Source: Mustelus asterias
Lineage: Eukaryota
Length of the DNA: 64,000 bases
NCBI RefSeq assembly: GCF_964213995.1
Contig: NC_135821.1
Coordinates: forward strand, 4,650,001 to 4,714,000
Direction of reading: 5' to 3'
Below the pieces are notes generated by a model. The model was not told the origin of the DNA and searched no databases. It worked only from the letters and a program-made list of their open reading frames with translations. Both the position numbers and the translations under genes were made by a program. Of this stretch, positions 19,983 through 39,457 are shown piece after piece. Every line of letters starts with the position of its first letter. Position 1 is the first letter of the stretch.

Positions 19983-20155
19983 TATTTATACCACTGGGAC
20001 ATCTGCATTCAAACTGGGAATGACATCACCAATGATGATTGACATCCCTGACAGCCAATCAGGACTCTGCCACCAATTCAGGCACCAATTGGAGAAGGGT
20101 GGGGTGGGGCTGGGGTGGGACCCAGAGCCAATCAGAGCTTTGGAGTCCAAAGGTT
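19983..20155 (-). promoter_or_regulatory. Ferritin copy 1 proximal promoter
   Basis: TATAAATA at 19983-19990, TGACATCA site, several inverted CCAAT boxes and a GGGGTGGG box. The block is conserved across the copies. Confidence 0.8.
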
Positions 20156-20819
20156 TGATTGGTCATTCTGTGATGTCATCGCTGTTGCATTCCTTGTATG
20201 TCTTCAGATTGAATCTGCTGACATCTCAACCCTGCTAGTTAATCAAGAATCCCGACAGTGCAGAAGAGGCCAGCCAGCCCTTTGAGTCTGCACTGACTCT
20301 CTCTGATAGAGCATCTTACCCTGCCCCATCACCGTAACTCCACGCATTTACCTTGGCCAATCCACCTAACCCGCACATCTTTGGACTGTGGGAGGAAACC
20401 GGAGCACCCAGACAAAACCCACGCAGAAACGCGGGAGAAGGTGCAAACTCCACACAGACAGTGACCCAAGCCGGGAATCGAACCCGGGTCCCTGGCGTTG
20501 TGAGCCAGCAGTGCTAACCACTGTGCCACCGTGCCGTCAAATGGGAGGCTGAATGTTGATTCTCTAAGGATCATTAATCAACCGATGTGGGGAAAGTGGC
20601 CACAAAGAAATCACTGCATTTACAAAACAATTCTGTTCTGTAGCTAATCTCCCCTCAAACCCACCCTCTCTAAACTCCCTCAACCCCCACCCCCCAACCC
20701 CCGCCCGGAGCCTTCGCCCAACCCCACTCCAACCTCCCTCCCAGCATCCTGCCCAATCCCCTCAACCTTCCCCAATCCCCCTCCAAACATCCTGTCCAAT
20801 CCCCTCCAACAGCACAGTG

Positions 20820-21158
20820 GGGGCAGCACAGTAGCACAGTGGTTAGCACTGCTGCTTCACAGCTCCAGGGACCTGGGTTCGATTCCCGGCTTGGGTCACT
20901 GTCTGCGTGGAGTTTGCACATTCTCCTCGTGTCTGCGTGGGTTTTCTCCGGGTGCTCCGGTTTCCTCCCACAGTCCAAAGATGTGCGGGTTAGGTTGATT
21001 GGCCAAGCTAAAATTGCCCCTTAGTGTCCTGGGATGCGTAGGCTAGAGGGATTAGTGGGTAAATATGTAGGGATATGGGGGTAGGGCCTGGGTGGAATTG
21101 TGGTCGGTGCAGACTCGATGGGCTGAATGGCCTCTTTCTGTGCTGTAGGGATTCTAAG
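20820..21158 (+). mobile_element. Full-length HE1/V-SINE
   Basis: Complete tRNA-like head, V core and CR1-like tail. Confidence 0.9.
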
Positions 21159-21430
21159 ATTCAATCCCCTCAACCTTCCCCAACCCCATTCCAACCCCTC
21201 TCCAAACCTCCTGCCCAATCCCCTCAATCTTCCCACAACACCCCCACTAATCCCCTCAACCTTCCCCAACCTCCCCTCAAAATTCCCTCAACACTCCTGA
21301 AATCTCCCCTCAACCTTCCCACAACACCCCCACTAATCACCTCAACCTTCTCCAACCCCCCCAACCTCCCCTCAAAATTCCCTCAACCCCTCCTGAAATC
21401 TCCCCCCAACCTTCCCCAACCTCCCTCCTA

Positions 21431-22333
21431 ACAAAGAGAATTACAGCATAGGAACAGGCCCTTCGGCCCTCCAAGCCTGCACCAACCATGCTGCCTGACT
21501 GAACTAAAACCCCCTACCCTTCCGGGGACCATATCCCTCTATTCCCATCCTATTCATGTATTTGTCCAGACGTTCCGTAAAACTCACTATCGTATCTGCT
21601 TCCACTACCTCCCCCGGCAGCGAGTTCCAGGCACCCACCACCCTCTGTGTAAAAAAACTTGCCTTGTACATCTCCTTTAAACCTTGCCCCTCACACCTTA
21701 AACCTATGCCCCCTAGATTTTGAATCTTCCACCCTGGTAAAAAGCTTCTGACTATCCACTCTGTCCATGCCCCTCATAATCTTGTAGAATTCTATCAGGT
21801 CATCCCTCAACCTCCGTCGTTCCAGTGAGAACAAACCAAGTTTCTCCAATCTCTCCTCAGAGCTAATGCCCTCCATACCAGGCAACATCCTGGTAAATCT
21901 TTTCTGAACCCTCTCCAAATCCTCCACATCTTTCTGGTAGTGTGTCGATCAGAATTGAACACTATATTCCAAGTGCGGCCTAACTAAGGTTCTATAAAGC
22001 TGCTATATCCATGCCCTCATTATTTTAGAGACCTCTATAAGAACACCACTAAGCCAACTCAAGGGAAAAAAAGTCCCAGAGTATCCAGCCTCTCATTATA
22101 ACTCAAACCATCAGGACCCCATAGCATCCCAGTAATTCTTTTCTGCACACTTTCTAGCTTAATAATCTCCTTTCTATAAGGGTGACCAGAACAATACACA
22201 GCATTCCAAGTGTGGTCTCACCAATGTCTTGTACAACTTCAACAAGACGTCCCAACTCCTGTATTCCATGTTCTGACCAATGAAACCAAGCATGTGGAAT
22301 GCCTTCTTCACCACTCTATCCACCTGTGACTCA
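21431..22333 (-). mobile_element. Two adjoining CR1 3' fragments
   Basis: ORFs 21691-21927 and 22174-22419. Confidence 0.8.
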
Positions 22334-22339
22334 AAGAAC

Positions 22340-23527
22340 AAAGTACAAAGAACAAAGAACAGTACAGCACAGGAAACAGGCCCTTCGGCCCTCCAAGCCT
22401 GTGCCGCTCCTTGGTCCAACTAGACCAATCGTTTGTATCCCTCCATTCCCAGGCTGCTCATGTGACTATCCAGGTAAGTCTTAAACGATGTCAGCGTGCC
22501 TGCCTCCACCACCCTACTTGGCAGCGCATTCCAGGCCCCCACCACCCTCTGTGTAAAAAACATCCCTCTGATATCTGAGTTATACTTCGCCCCTCTCAGC
22601 TTGAGCCTGTGACCCCTCGTGATCGTCACCTCCGACCTGGGAAAAAGCTTCCCACTGTTCACCCTATCTATACCCTTCATAATCTTGTATACCTCTATTA
22701 GATCTCCCCTCATTCTCCGTCTTTCCAAGGAGAACAGCCCCAGTCTACCCAATCTCTCCTCATAGCTAAGACCCTCCATACCAGGCAACATCCTGGTAAA
22801 CCTTCTCTGCACTCTCTCCAATGCCTCCACGTCCTTCTGGTAGTGCGGCGACCAGAACTGGATGCAGTACTCCAAATGTGGCCTAACCAGCGTTCTATAC
22901 AGCTGCATCATCAGACTCCAGCTTTTATACTCTATACCCCGTCCTATAAAGGCAAGCATACCATATGCCTTCTTCACCACCTTCTCCACCTGTGTTGCCA
23001 CCTTCAAGGATTTGTGGACTTGCACACCTAGGTCCCTCTGTGTTTCTATACTCCTGATGACTCTGCCATTTATTGTATAACTCCTCCCTACATTATTTCT
23101 TCCAAAATGCATCACTTCGCATTTATCCGGATTAAACTCCATCTGCCACCTCTCCGCCCAATTTTCCAGCCTATCTATATCCTGCTGTATTGCCCGACAA
23201 TGCTCTTCGCTATCCGCAATTCCAGCCATCTTCGTGTCATCCGCAAACTTGCTGATTACACCAGTTACACCTTCTTCCAAATCATTTATATATATCACAA
23301 ATAGCAGAGGTCCCAGTACAGAGCCCATCGGAACACCACTGGTCACAGACCTCCAGCCGGAAAAAGACCCTTCGACCACTACCCTCTGTCTCCTATGGCC
23401 AAGCCAGTTCTCCACCCATCTAGCCACTTCTCCTTGTATCCCATGAGCCTTAACCTTCTTAACCAACCTGCCATGTGGGACTTTGTCAAATGCCTTACTG
23501 AAATCCATATAGACGACATCCACGGCC
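22340..23527 (-). mobile_element. Young CR1 LINE, uninterrupted RT C-terminal ORF
   Basis: ORF 22420-23595 is stop-free from [18 protein letters not shown] to the native stop, followed by a 3'UTR with (TTCTTTG)n tail. Confidence 0.93.
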
Positions 23528-23821
23528 CTGTCCAATCCCTCAACTTTCCCACAACACCCCCCCAATGCCCTCAACGTTCCCCAACCCCCACTCAAAATTC
23601 CCTCAACCCCTCCTGAAATCTCCCTCCAACCTTCCCCAACCCTCTAACCTCCCTCCAAACATCCGCCCAATCCCCTCAACCTCCCCAAACCACCCTCCAA
23701 CCTTCCCACAACACCCCCATCCTCCCCTCAAAATTCCCTCAACGCCTCCTGAAATCTCCCCTCAACTTTCCCCAACACTCTAACCTCCCTCCAAACATTC
23801 GCTCAATACTCTCAACACTTT

Positions 23822-24468
23822 TTGTTTTGATTTGATTTATTATTGTCGCATGTATTAACATACAGTGAAAAGTATTGTTGCTTGTGTGCTATACAGACAA
23901 AGCATACCGTTCATAGAGAAGGAAATGAGAGAGTGCAGAATGTAGTGTTACAGTCATAGCTAGAGTGTAGAGAAAGATCAACTTAATGCGAGGTAGGTCC
24001 ATTCAAAAGTTTGACAGCAGCAGGGAAGAAGCTGTTCTTGAGTCAGTTGGTACGTGATCTCAGACTCTTGTATCTTTTTCTTGATGGAAGAAGGTGGAAG
24101 AGAGAATGTCCGGGCTGCGTGGGGTCCTTAATTATGCTGGCTGCTTTGCCGAGGCAGCGGGAAGTGTAGACAGAGTCAATGGATGGGAGGCTGGTTTGTG
24201 TGATGGATTGGGCTACATTCACGACCTTTTGTAGTTCCTTGCGGTCTTGGGCAGAGCAGGAGCCATACCAAGCTGTGATACATCCAGAAAGAATGCTTTT
24301 TATGGTGCATCTGTAAAGGTTGATGAGGGTCATAGCTGACATGCCAAATTTCCTTAGTCTTCTGAGAAAGTAGAAGTGTTGATGGGCTTTCTTAACCAAA
24401 GTGTCGGCATTGGGGGGACCAGGACAGGTTGTTGGTGATCTGGACATCTAAAAACTTGAAGCTCTCAA
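23822..24468 (-). mobile_element. Rex1/Babar LINE 3' end
   Basis: ORF 24043-24447 and a TCAAA tail. Confidence 0.87.
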
Positions 24469-25117
24469 CCCCTCCAACCCCCCTCCAAACTTCCCGCCCA
24501 ATCACCTCAACCTTCCCCAATTTTCTCTCAAAATTCCCTCAATCCCTCCTGCAATCTCCCCTCAACCCTCTAACCTCCCTTCAAACATCCGCCCAATCCC
24601 CTCAACCTTCCTCAACCCCCCTCCCAACATCCACCCAATCCCCTCAAGCTCCCCAAACCCCCCTTCCCAAATCCACTCCACCCCTCCCACGCCTTAGGGA
24701 ACATTGAACGATCAGCGATCAATGCTTGTAGTTTAAGGTCAATAATTGGGATATATTGGGGAGGTAATCAGACATACCGAGTGAATTATATAAAATAACG
24801 CAATGGATTATTAGCTGGGGGATGCCTGTAACAGTGATAATGGAGCAAGTTATCAACACTATTAACATATTATGGGCAGCACGGTGGTTAGCACTGCTGC
24901 CTCACAGTACCTGGGATCCGGGTTCAATTCCGGCCTTAGGTGACTGCGTGGAGTTTGCACATTCTCCCCATTGGCGTGGGTTCCCTTCGGGTGCTCCAGT
25001 TTCTCCCACAGTCTGAAGATGTGCAGGTTAGGTGGATTGGCTATGTTAAGTTGCCTCTTGTGTCCAAAGATGGGCAGGTGAGGTTAATTGGCTACGCTAA
25101 ATTGCCCATTGGTGTAT

Positions 25118-25333
25118 GATGTGGAGATGCCGGTGTTGGACTGGAGTAGGCCCAGTAATAAATCTCACAACACCAGGTTAAAGTCCAACAGATTTGGAAT
25201 CACGAGCTTTCGGAGCACCGTTCCTTCATCGGATGAGTGCCTGTCACTGACCTGATGAAGGAGCAGCGCTCCGAAAGCTCGTGATACCAAATAAACCTGT
25301 TGGACTTTAATCTGGTGTTGTGAGACCTCTTAC
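25118..25333. mobile_element. Inverted pair of Penelope-like termini (hammerhead-bearing foldback)
   Basis: Arms of about 80 bp (25155-25239 / 25245-25333) around a CCTGT loop. Intact core CTGATGA-AGGAGCAGCGCTCC-GAAA-GCTC at 25252-25280. Confidence 0.75.
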
Positions 25334-25654
25334 CTTTGGTGTATGTGGGGGGGGGGGGGGGGGAGGAATTAGTGGGGTAATTACATGGGTTAGGACCTGG
25401 GTGGGATGCTAAATTGGAGAGTCAGTGCAAATGCGATGGGCCTAATGATGTTTCTGCACTGTCGGGGTTCTATCTTGGATTGACCAAACTCTAAAGGGAA
25501 ACGTACTGCAGATTTGGTGCCTTGTTGTACATAGACCAGTGGTGGTTTCATTAAATGTCAAATATCAAGCATTGCCCTTGGAAGGTGGGGGTTGAGGTAA
25601 AAGCACAGGCAACACAGCAGAAATTGTCATCAATGCTATAAGATGCATACAAGG

Positions 25655-25937
25655 TGATGCACGATTGATTCACACGGGAGGCTAGAACGTACCCGGGAAT
25701 AAAGGCTTTTATTCACTACAAATAGGAGCACACTACTCAACAATATTATCCCAGACTAAAGACTACTAGGAAGTAGCAGTGACCTTTATACTCCTGTAAG
25801 AAGGCGGAGTCCTGGGTGGAGCCATACAGAGTGTACCACAAACAGTAATAACAGGTGGAACACCCAACAACCCTAACCGCAACGAGTGTAACATATATAC
25901 AAGTACCCATAGTGCTAACCATCTATGGTTCACCACA
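25655..25937 (-). mobile_element. Solo LTR with 5-bp TSD
   Basis: TGTGGTGAACC…GTGCATCA termini, internal TATAAA and AATAAA, and a CAAGG direct repeat on both sides. Confidence 0.85.
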
Positions 25938-27164
25938 CAAGGCCACAAGCTTTACCAATTCAGCAAGTGACTTGTAAAGACAAAGGTGGTTTTGACAACA
26001 CAATTGGCTGCAGGTTCCTGCCCTAACTGGCAGAGGGAGCCATTGTACACAACTGCAACACTTGTATGCATTTTTTTCACTGCTTTCTATGACCAGTGCT
26101 CTTAAATTTAAACTATGCAATTTTCTACAAGCAATCTGTACTGAATAGCACCATCGTTCACACCACAGACTACCTTGTCCTATAACATGTCATTTAGGGT
26201 CACTCAAAAAACAATACTGAGATTTAATGTTTAGTTATTAGTCACAAGTAGGCTTACATTAACTCTGCAATGAAGTTGCTGTGAAAATCCCCTGGTCGCC
26301 ACATTCCAGTGCCTGTTCAGGTACACTGAGGGAGAAATCAGTATGGCCAATGCACCCTAACTAGTGTGGGAGGAAACCGGAGTATCGGGAGGAAACCCAC
26401 ACAGACACAGGAAGGTCTGCACAGTGACCCAAGCTGGGAATCAAACCCAAGTCCTTGGCACAGAGGTGCCAGTGCTAACCACTGTGCTGCCCTGGTTGTG
26501 GCACTTTAGTAATGCAAGTCATGGTTGATACACCTGGAGCTCACACCCTCAAATTAAAATCTCTGTAGTATGATTCATGGTTGAGGATGTAGTTGAGTTT
26601 TCACTAAATGAAGAGTCAGGCATGCTTGTGGCTGGAAGTTATAGGTTTAACTTCCACAAACTTGAGAATTGCTTTATATTTCATTCCCCCTATTTTGCTT
26701 GCTTGATATATTGTGCCCAATCCCCTTAGAGGAATCTAAGGCATAGATTTGCCCAAAGAGGTTTTCTAGTGATGATCTTTCCCCAGACTTGGATACTCAG
26801 CAGATGTTGGGCCAGAGGCAGTGTTAGGATAATATATCCTGATCACCAGGTGCAATGATGCACCTGGTGACCTTAGTGAATATAAAGGAATTTAGTGATC
26901 TTCAAGAGCAATACATTTGCAGCCAATTCTAAAATGGCTCTGCAAAACTCCTGCCCCTTGAGTGAATTCCCATTGGAGCCCAAATTGGTCACCCTTACTC
27001 AGCCCCAAGGGAAAATTACCACAATGAACTAGTAGGGCAGTTGCCCAATCTTTGAAGCCTCAGGATCCAGGGAAAGGTTAAGAGATCCATTGCTTCAAAG
27101 CTTGACTGCTTAATTGGTAAACTTGACTAAACTTGCACTCAGTATTGTACCAAATGTGAATGAG

Positions 27165-27195
<31 letters not shown>

Positions 27196-27411
27196 TCATT
27201 TGCAAGGGGAACTGGACCAGGAGTGACTTGCAGTTGTGGATGTGCAATGAACAAAGAACATAACAGGAACAGGCCCTTCGGCCCTCCAAGCCTGCACCGA
27301 CCATGCTGCCCAACCGAACTAAAACCCAAACCTTCTGGGGACCATATCCCTCTAAAGATAGAAAGAAAAGGATGCTTTTCCTTGTTGCTGATTCCATTTG
27401 CCACTTCAATG

Positions 27412-27485
27412 AGGCTCTGCTGGGATTTGAACCCAGGACCTCCCATTTACTAGACAGACACTTTAACCAACTAAGCCACTGAGCC
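27412..27485 (-). tRNA. tRNA-Thr(AGT), degenerate and probably a pseudogene
   Basis: Sequence GGCTCAGTGGCTTAGTTGGTTAAAGTGTCTGTCTAGTAAATGGGAGGTCCTGGGTTCAAATCCCAGCAGAGCCT. It has the CT-AGT-AA anticodon loop and A/B boxes. There is an A-A mismatch in the acceptor stem and three G-U pairs in the anticodon stem. Confidence 0.8.
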
Positions 27486-27622
27486 TAATGTGTCAAACAA
27501 GATCAATAAACACATTATAGGTTGAATCATGAACAAACTTTATTTCCATACAGGGAAGAACAGAGGAAACTATTTGGTTCACTTTGTCCTTGCCATATGT
27601 ACAGAACAAAATGCTTCTAGAA

Positions 27623-32204
<4,582 letters not shown>

Positions 32205-32264
32205 CTTCACTATTACTATCACCTAGTAAGTTCTAGAATTGCCCCTTTCTAACACAAGCTCTTG

Positions 32265-32410
32265 TATTTATACCACTGGGACATCCTGCATTCAAACTGG
32301 GAATGACATCACCAATGATGATTGACACTCTCTGACAGCCAATCAGGAATCTGTCATCAATCCAGGTACCAATAAGGGAGAGGGGGTGGAGTGTGATCCC
32401 CAGAGCCAAA
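32265..32410 (-). promoter_or_regulatory. Ferritin copy 2 proximal promoter
   Basis: TATAAATA at 32265-32272 followed by the conserved TGACATCA/CCAAT/GGGGTGG block. Confidence 0.8.
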
Positions 32411-34502
32411 TCAGAGCTTTGGCATGCAGGAGGATTTGGATGATTATTCCTTGATTGCAAACAGAAAGAGGCCATTCAGCCCCTCGAGGCTGTTCAACCC
32501 ATCCAATTATCATGGCTGCTCTGAAAAGTGCCATTTTCCTAGCATGGTTCCATATTTCTTCTCACCCCTCGCCTCACAAAACCTACAATCTCCATGTTGA
32601 CATGGTTAATTGATCCCAACATTTTGCAGTGGAGGAACTGTCCCAAATTTCTGTGTGTCTCTCAGTGAAGAAATTCTAATACTATCCCTGAATGGCCAAG
32701 ATCTAACCTTCCGATTATTGACCCTGTTTCAGAGGAAATAATTTCTCTCAAGCCAACTAATCAAACTCACTAAACATGGCCCAACACCTCAATTATAATC
32801 ATCCCTTAATCTTTTCTAGTCAAGGGAATGCAAAAGCCATCGATGCAAACTGTCCTTATTATTTAAGCTATTTAGCTCTGGGAATGTTCTGGGGAATCTC
32901 TGCTGTATCCCTTCCAAGACCAATATATCAGACCAGAATACTTTCATAAACTGACCTGCGGATCATCCACAGCGAATCCCCAAATCCATGACAAATGGGA
33001 GGCAGCTTCAGAGGACATTTTCACACCAACTCTTGCTTTGTCAGTGAAATGAAGTTTTACAATGAAATTAAAGAGCTGTAAAGCTCCGGGTTTAGTCTGC
33101 AGGATCATTAACTTCAACAACAGAGACTGTTTTCTTTTAGGCCGGAAACATCCAATGTTTGTGATTTGTTAAAAGCCTCAAGCATTTGGGTTAGGGGGAA
33201 TTAGCGGGGTAAATATTTGGGGTGAGCTCGGGTAAAGATGTGCTCTCGGAGAGTCGTTTGTGACACAACTGTGCCTTTAAGAAATGTGCGGCACAGTGGC
33301 TTGCACAGGGACCCGGGTTCGATTCCCGGCTTGGGTCACTGTCTGTGCGGAGTCTGCACGTTCTCCCCATGTCTGCATGGGTTTCCTCCAGGTTCCTCTG
33401 AAAGACGTGCTGGTTAGGTGCATTGACCCGAACAGACACCAGACTGTGGCGACTCGGGGAATTTCACAATAACTTCATTGCAATGTTAATGTCAGCCTGA
33501 CTTGTAACTAATAAATAAACTTTGCTTTGCATTTTAAAAAAAATCTATGCTCTGAACTTTATAAGTAGCTTTGTTTTTTTTTCATTGTTGCTGACCTGTC
33601 TGCTTAGATGTCCTTTATTGCTGTTAATGGTTGAAATAGGGTTTTGTTTATTTTTAATCTGGGCCTAATGCGATGTCTTGGTGTTTATGACCAATGGGTC
33701 AAATGGCCTACTTCTACATGGTGTAGGGATTCTGTGATTAACATGAGACAAGTAGGTATATACTACCATTGCAGAACCTTGCTCAATTATTCAGTGTTTG
33801 ATTATGGGTCTGTTGACTGCACTGTGAATGATTAGTTAAGCCTGGCTGCAGTTACTCAGTGAATCACAGAATCCCTATAGTGCAGAAGGAGGCTGTTTGG
33901 CCCATTGAGTCTGCATCGACCACAATCCCACCCAGACCCTATTCTCATAATCCCATGCATTTACCCTAGCTAGTTCCCCTGACACTAAAGGGGCAATTTA
34001 GCATGGCTAAATCCACCTAACCCACATGTTTGGATGGTGGGAGGAAACCAGAGAAAACCCACACGGACACCGGGTGGATGTGCGAATTCCACACAGATAA
34101 TTATCCAAGCCAAGAATCAAACCCTGGTCTGTGGTGCTGTGAGGACTGTACCACCCATGCAGCAACTCACCAAATGGCCTTCAACAGCACAATCCAAACA
34201 TGAAAGGACAAGGGCAGCAGATGCATTGGAACATCACCTACAAATTCCCCTCCAAGTCACACACCACCCTGACTTGGAAATATTACCATTCTGTCACTGT
34301 GTGAAAATCCTGGAACTCCCTCCCCAACAGCACCGTGGGTGGGAGATGTGGATGTTACTAGTTGGGTCAGCATTTATTCCCCATTGCCAATAGTCCTTGA
34401 GAATGTGATGGTGCTTTCTTGAACCATTGTAATCCCTAGTGAAGGTGGCTTTAAAGGGGGACTGTAGCAACATTACCTATAGGCCAGACTAGGATGATGG
34501 TA

Positions 34503-35290
34503 GAACATAACAGCGCAGTACAGGCCCTTCAGCCCTCGATGTTGTGCCAACCAGTGGAACCAATCTAAAGCCCCTCTAATCTACACTATTCCAATGTCAT
34601 CCATATGTTTATCCAAGAACCATTTGAATACTCTTAATGTTGACGAGTCCACTACTGCTGCAGGCAGGACATTCCACGGTCTTACTACTCTGAGTAAAGA
34701 CCCTACCTCTAACATCTGTCCTATATCTCTCACCCCTCAATTTAAAGCTATGTCCCCTCGTGTTAGCCATCACCATCCGGGGAAAAAGGCTCTCACTATC
34801 CACCCTATCTAATCATCTTGTATGCCTCTTAAGTCACCTCTTAACCTTCTCTCTAACGAAAACAACCTCAAGCCCCTCAGCCTTTCCTCATACGATTTTC
34901 CCACCATACCAGGCAACATCCTGGTAAATCTCCTCTGCACCCTTTCCAACACTTCCACGTCTTTCCTTTAATACGGCAACCAGAACTGTACGCAATACTC
35001 CAAATGCGGCCACACCAGAGTTTTGTACAGTTGCAGCATGACCTCCTGGCTCCAAAAATCAATCCCTCTACCAATAAAAGCTAACACACCGTATGCCTTC
35101 TTAACAACCCCATCAACCTGGGTGCCAACTTTCAGGGATCTATGCACATGGACACCCAGATCCCTCTGTTCATCCACACAACCAAGTATCTTACCATTAG
35201 CCCAGTACTCCGTATTCCTGTTACCACTTCCAAAGTGAATCACCTCACACTTTTCCGCATTAAACTCCATTTGCCACCTCTCAGCCCAGC
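34503..35290 (-). mobile_element. CR1 3' end
   Basis: ORF 34968-35270 (MEFNAEKCEVIHFG…). Confidence 0.88.
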
Positions 35291-36216
35291 TCAGGTGACC
35301 TCATGGCCTAGCAAGCCCCTCAACTCAAGGGCAGTGAGGAAGGAGAGCAAATGCTGGCCTTGCAGCATCCAGATCCCAAGAACAATATGGTAGAGCAGAC
35401 ATTTTACAGCATTGCATGTAATGCCCATTTCAGATCCAGAAGCTGATGTATCACCTGATGCACAACCCATCTGGAGTGGCCAATGCTGTTCTATATTCAG
35501 CCTAATGAGCAACATGTGATGTTTCTGAACAAAGGCATTGCAACAATTACCTGGAGTTACACACTTGAATCAAGGCACCAATTCACCCCTGCCAGAGAAA
35601 ACTTCACTCATGTCCCAATGGCTGGGGAAATAATCTTTTAAACAGACAACTCCTCTTCTCTCTCCTCCCCCCTCCCCCCCCCCAAAACAAACATTGAAAT
35701 CAAGGGAGGGGGCTTGGGCAAAACAGTCAGTGCAGACTCTCCTTCTGCACTCAGGTTCTAATCTTAGAATCCCTACAGTGCAGAAGGAGGCCATTTGGCC
35801 CATCATGTCCACTGGCAATCCTACCCAGGCCCTATCCCCATAACACCATACATTTACCCTAGCACCAGGTCGATTTTGCACAACCAACCCAACCTGCACT
35901 TCTGTTGGACTGTGGGAGGAAACCCACACCAACATGGGAGAACTGAAGACTCGAGTGAGACAAGCTGGGAATTGGACCCAGATTCTTGGCACTGAGGCAG
36001 CAGTGCTAACCACTGCCACCCCAAAGAAATATGGAAGGGGGAATGAGGGAAACCACCGAGAGATGTTACTGCTGGGAATCTTCACAAGTGAACAAAACCA
36101 GCTCAATGGTGAACATTTTTATTTCATATTCAGGAACAGGAGAATTAAACACCAAGCACTCATTGGCTCACTCTTCATTTCTACAATGCTGAACAAGTGG
36201 GATTGCCAAATCCCAG

Positions 36217-38404
<2,188 letters not shown>

Positions 38405-38462
38405 CTCACTGAGGATAAGAGTCACACAACAACAAGCTGACCTCTGCCCTCACAAGCTCTTG

Positions 38463-38605
38463 TATTTATACCACTGGGACATCCTGCATTCAAACTGGGA
38501 ATGACATCACCAATGATGATTGACAATCCCTGACAACCAATCAGGAATCTGCCATCGATCCATGAAAAAGGGAGAGGAGGTGGAGTGTGATCCCCAGAAC
38601 CAATC
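38463..38605 (-). promoter_or_regulatory. Ferritin copy 3 proximal promoter
   Basis: TATAAATA at 38463-38470 plus the conserved CCAAT block. Confidence 0.8.
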
Positions 38606-39457
38606 AGAGCTTTGGAATGCTGGCAGATTTGGATTGTATGATTGCAATGTAGGAACAGGAGGAGGCCATTCAGCCCCTCTAGCCAATTATATCACAGCTG
38701 CTCTGAATGTTAATGCCATTTGTCCACCTTGGTTCCAGATGTCTTCATCCCCTTACCGAACAAAACCCAACAAGCTCAGCTTTGAAATGTTTCTTTCCTC
38801 CCAATGTTTTAGGGAGAGAGTGTCTGGATTTCCACTTTGCTTTTTGTGAGGAAATTATTCCGAGCATCATCCTTAAAATGGCCACGGTCTAGTCTTAAGA
38901 TTTAGCTGCTGTTCCAGAGGAAATCCTTTCTCTCCGTCTATCGAATCAAACCCATTTATCATCTTCCATTTCTCTACGATTATCATCCCTTATTCTTCTT
39001 CACACAAGGGAATGCAAGACAACTCTGTTCCAACTCTCCTCATGATTGAACCCTTTTAGACCTGGCAACATTGTTCAATCTGTGCTACAGAAAAGAACTG
39101 AACACTGTAATCATAGAATTATAGAATCATGCAGCGTAGAGGAGGCCCTTTGGCCCATCGAGTCTGCACCGACACATTAGAAACACCTGAACTCCCACCT
39201 AATCCCATCTGCCAGCACTTGGCCCATAGCCCTGAATGTTATGATGTGCCAAGTGCTCATCCAGGTACTTTTTAAAGGATGTGAGGCATCCCGCCCCCAC
39301 CACCCTCCCAGGCAGCACATTCCAGACCCTCACCACCCTCTGGGCAAAGGGTTTTTTCTCACATCCCCCCTAAACCTCCTGCCCCTCACCTTGAACCTAT
39401 GTCCCCTCATGACTGACCCTTCAACTCCCACTGAGATTTATCCTGTACTTTACAACT

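Larger units (their letters stand above)
20650..24690. repeat. C-rich degenerate minisatellite (CCCTCAACCTTCCCCAA-like) fragmented by nested TEs
   Basis: Blocks at 20650-20810, 21160-21430, 23528-23818 and 24465-24690. Confidence 0.85.

Noticed and set aside
19991-19997. CAGTGG next to the TATA box as an IRE
   Set aside because: It lies upstream of the TATA box, has G at loop position 6 and has no stem.
21075-21431. Pro-rich ORFs in the 20.6-24.7 kb region
   Set aside because: They are translations of the C-rich repeat.
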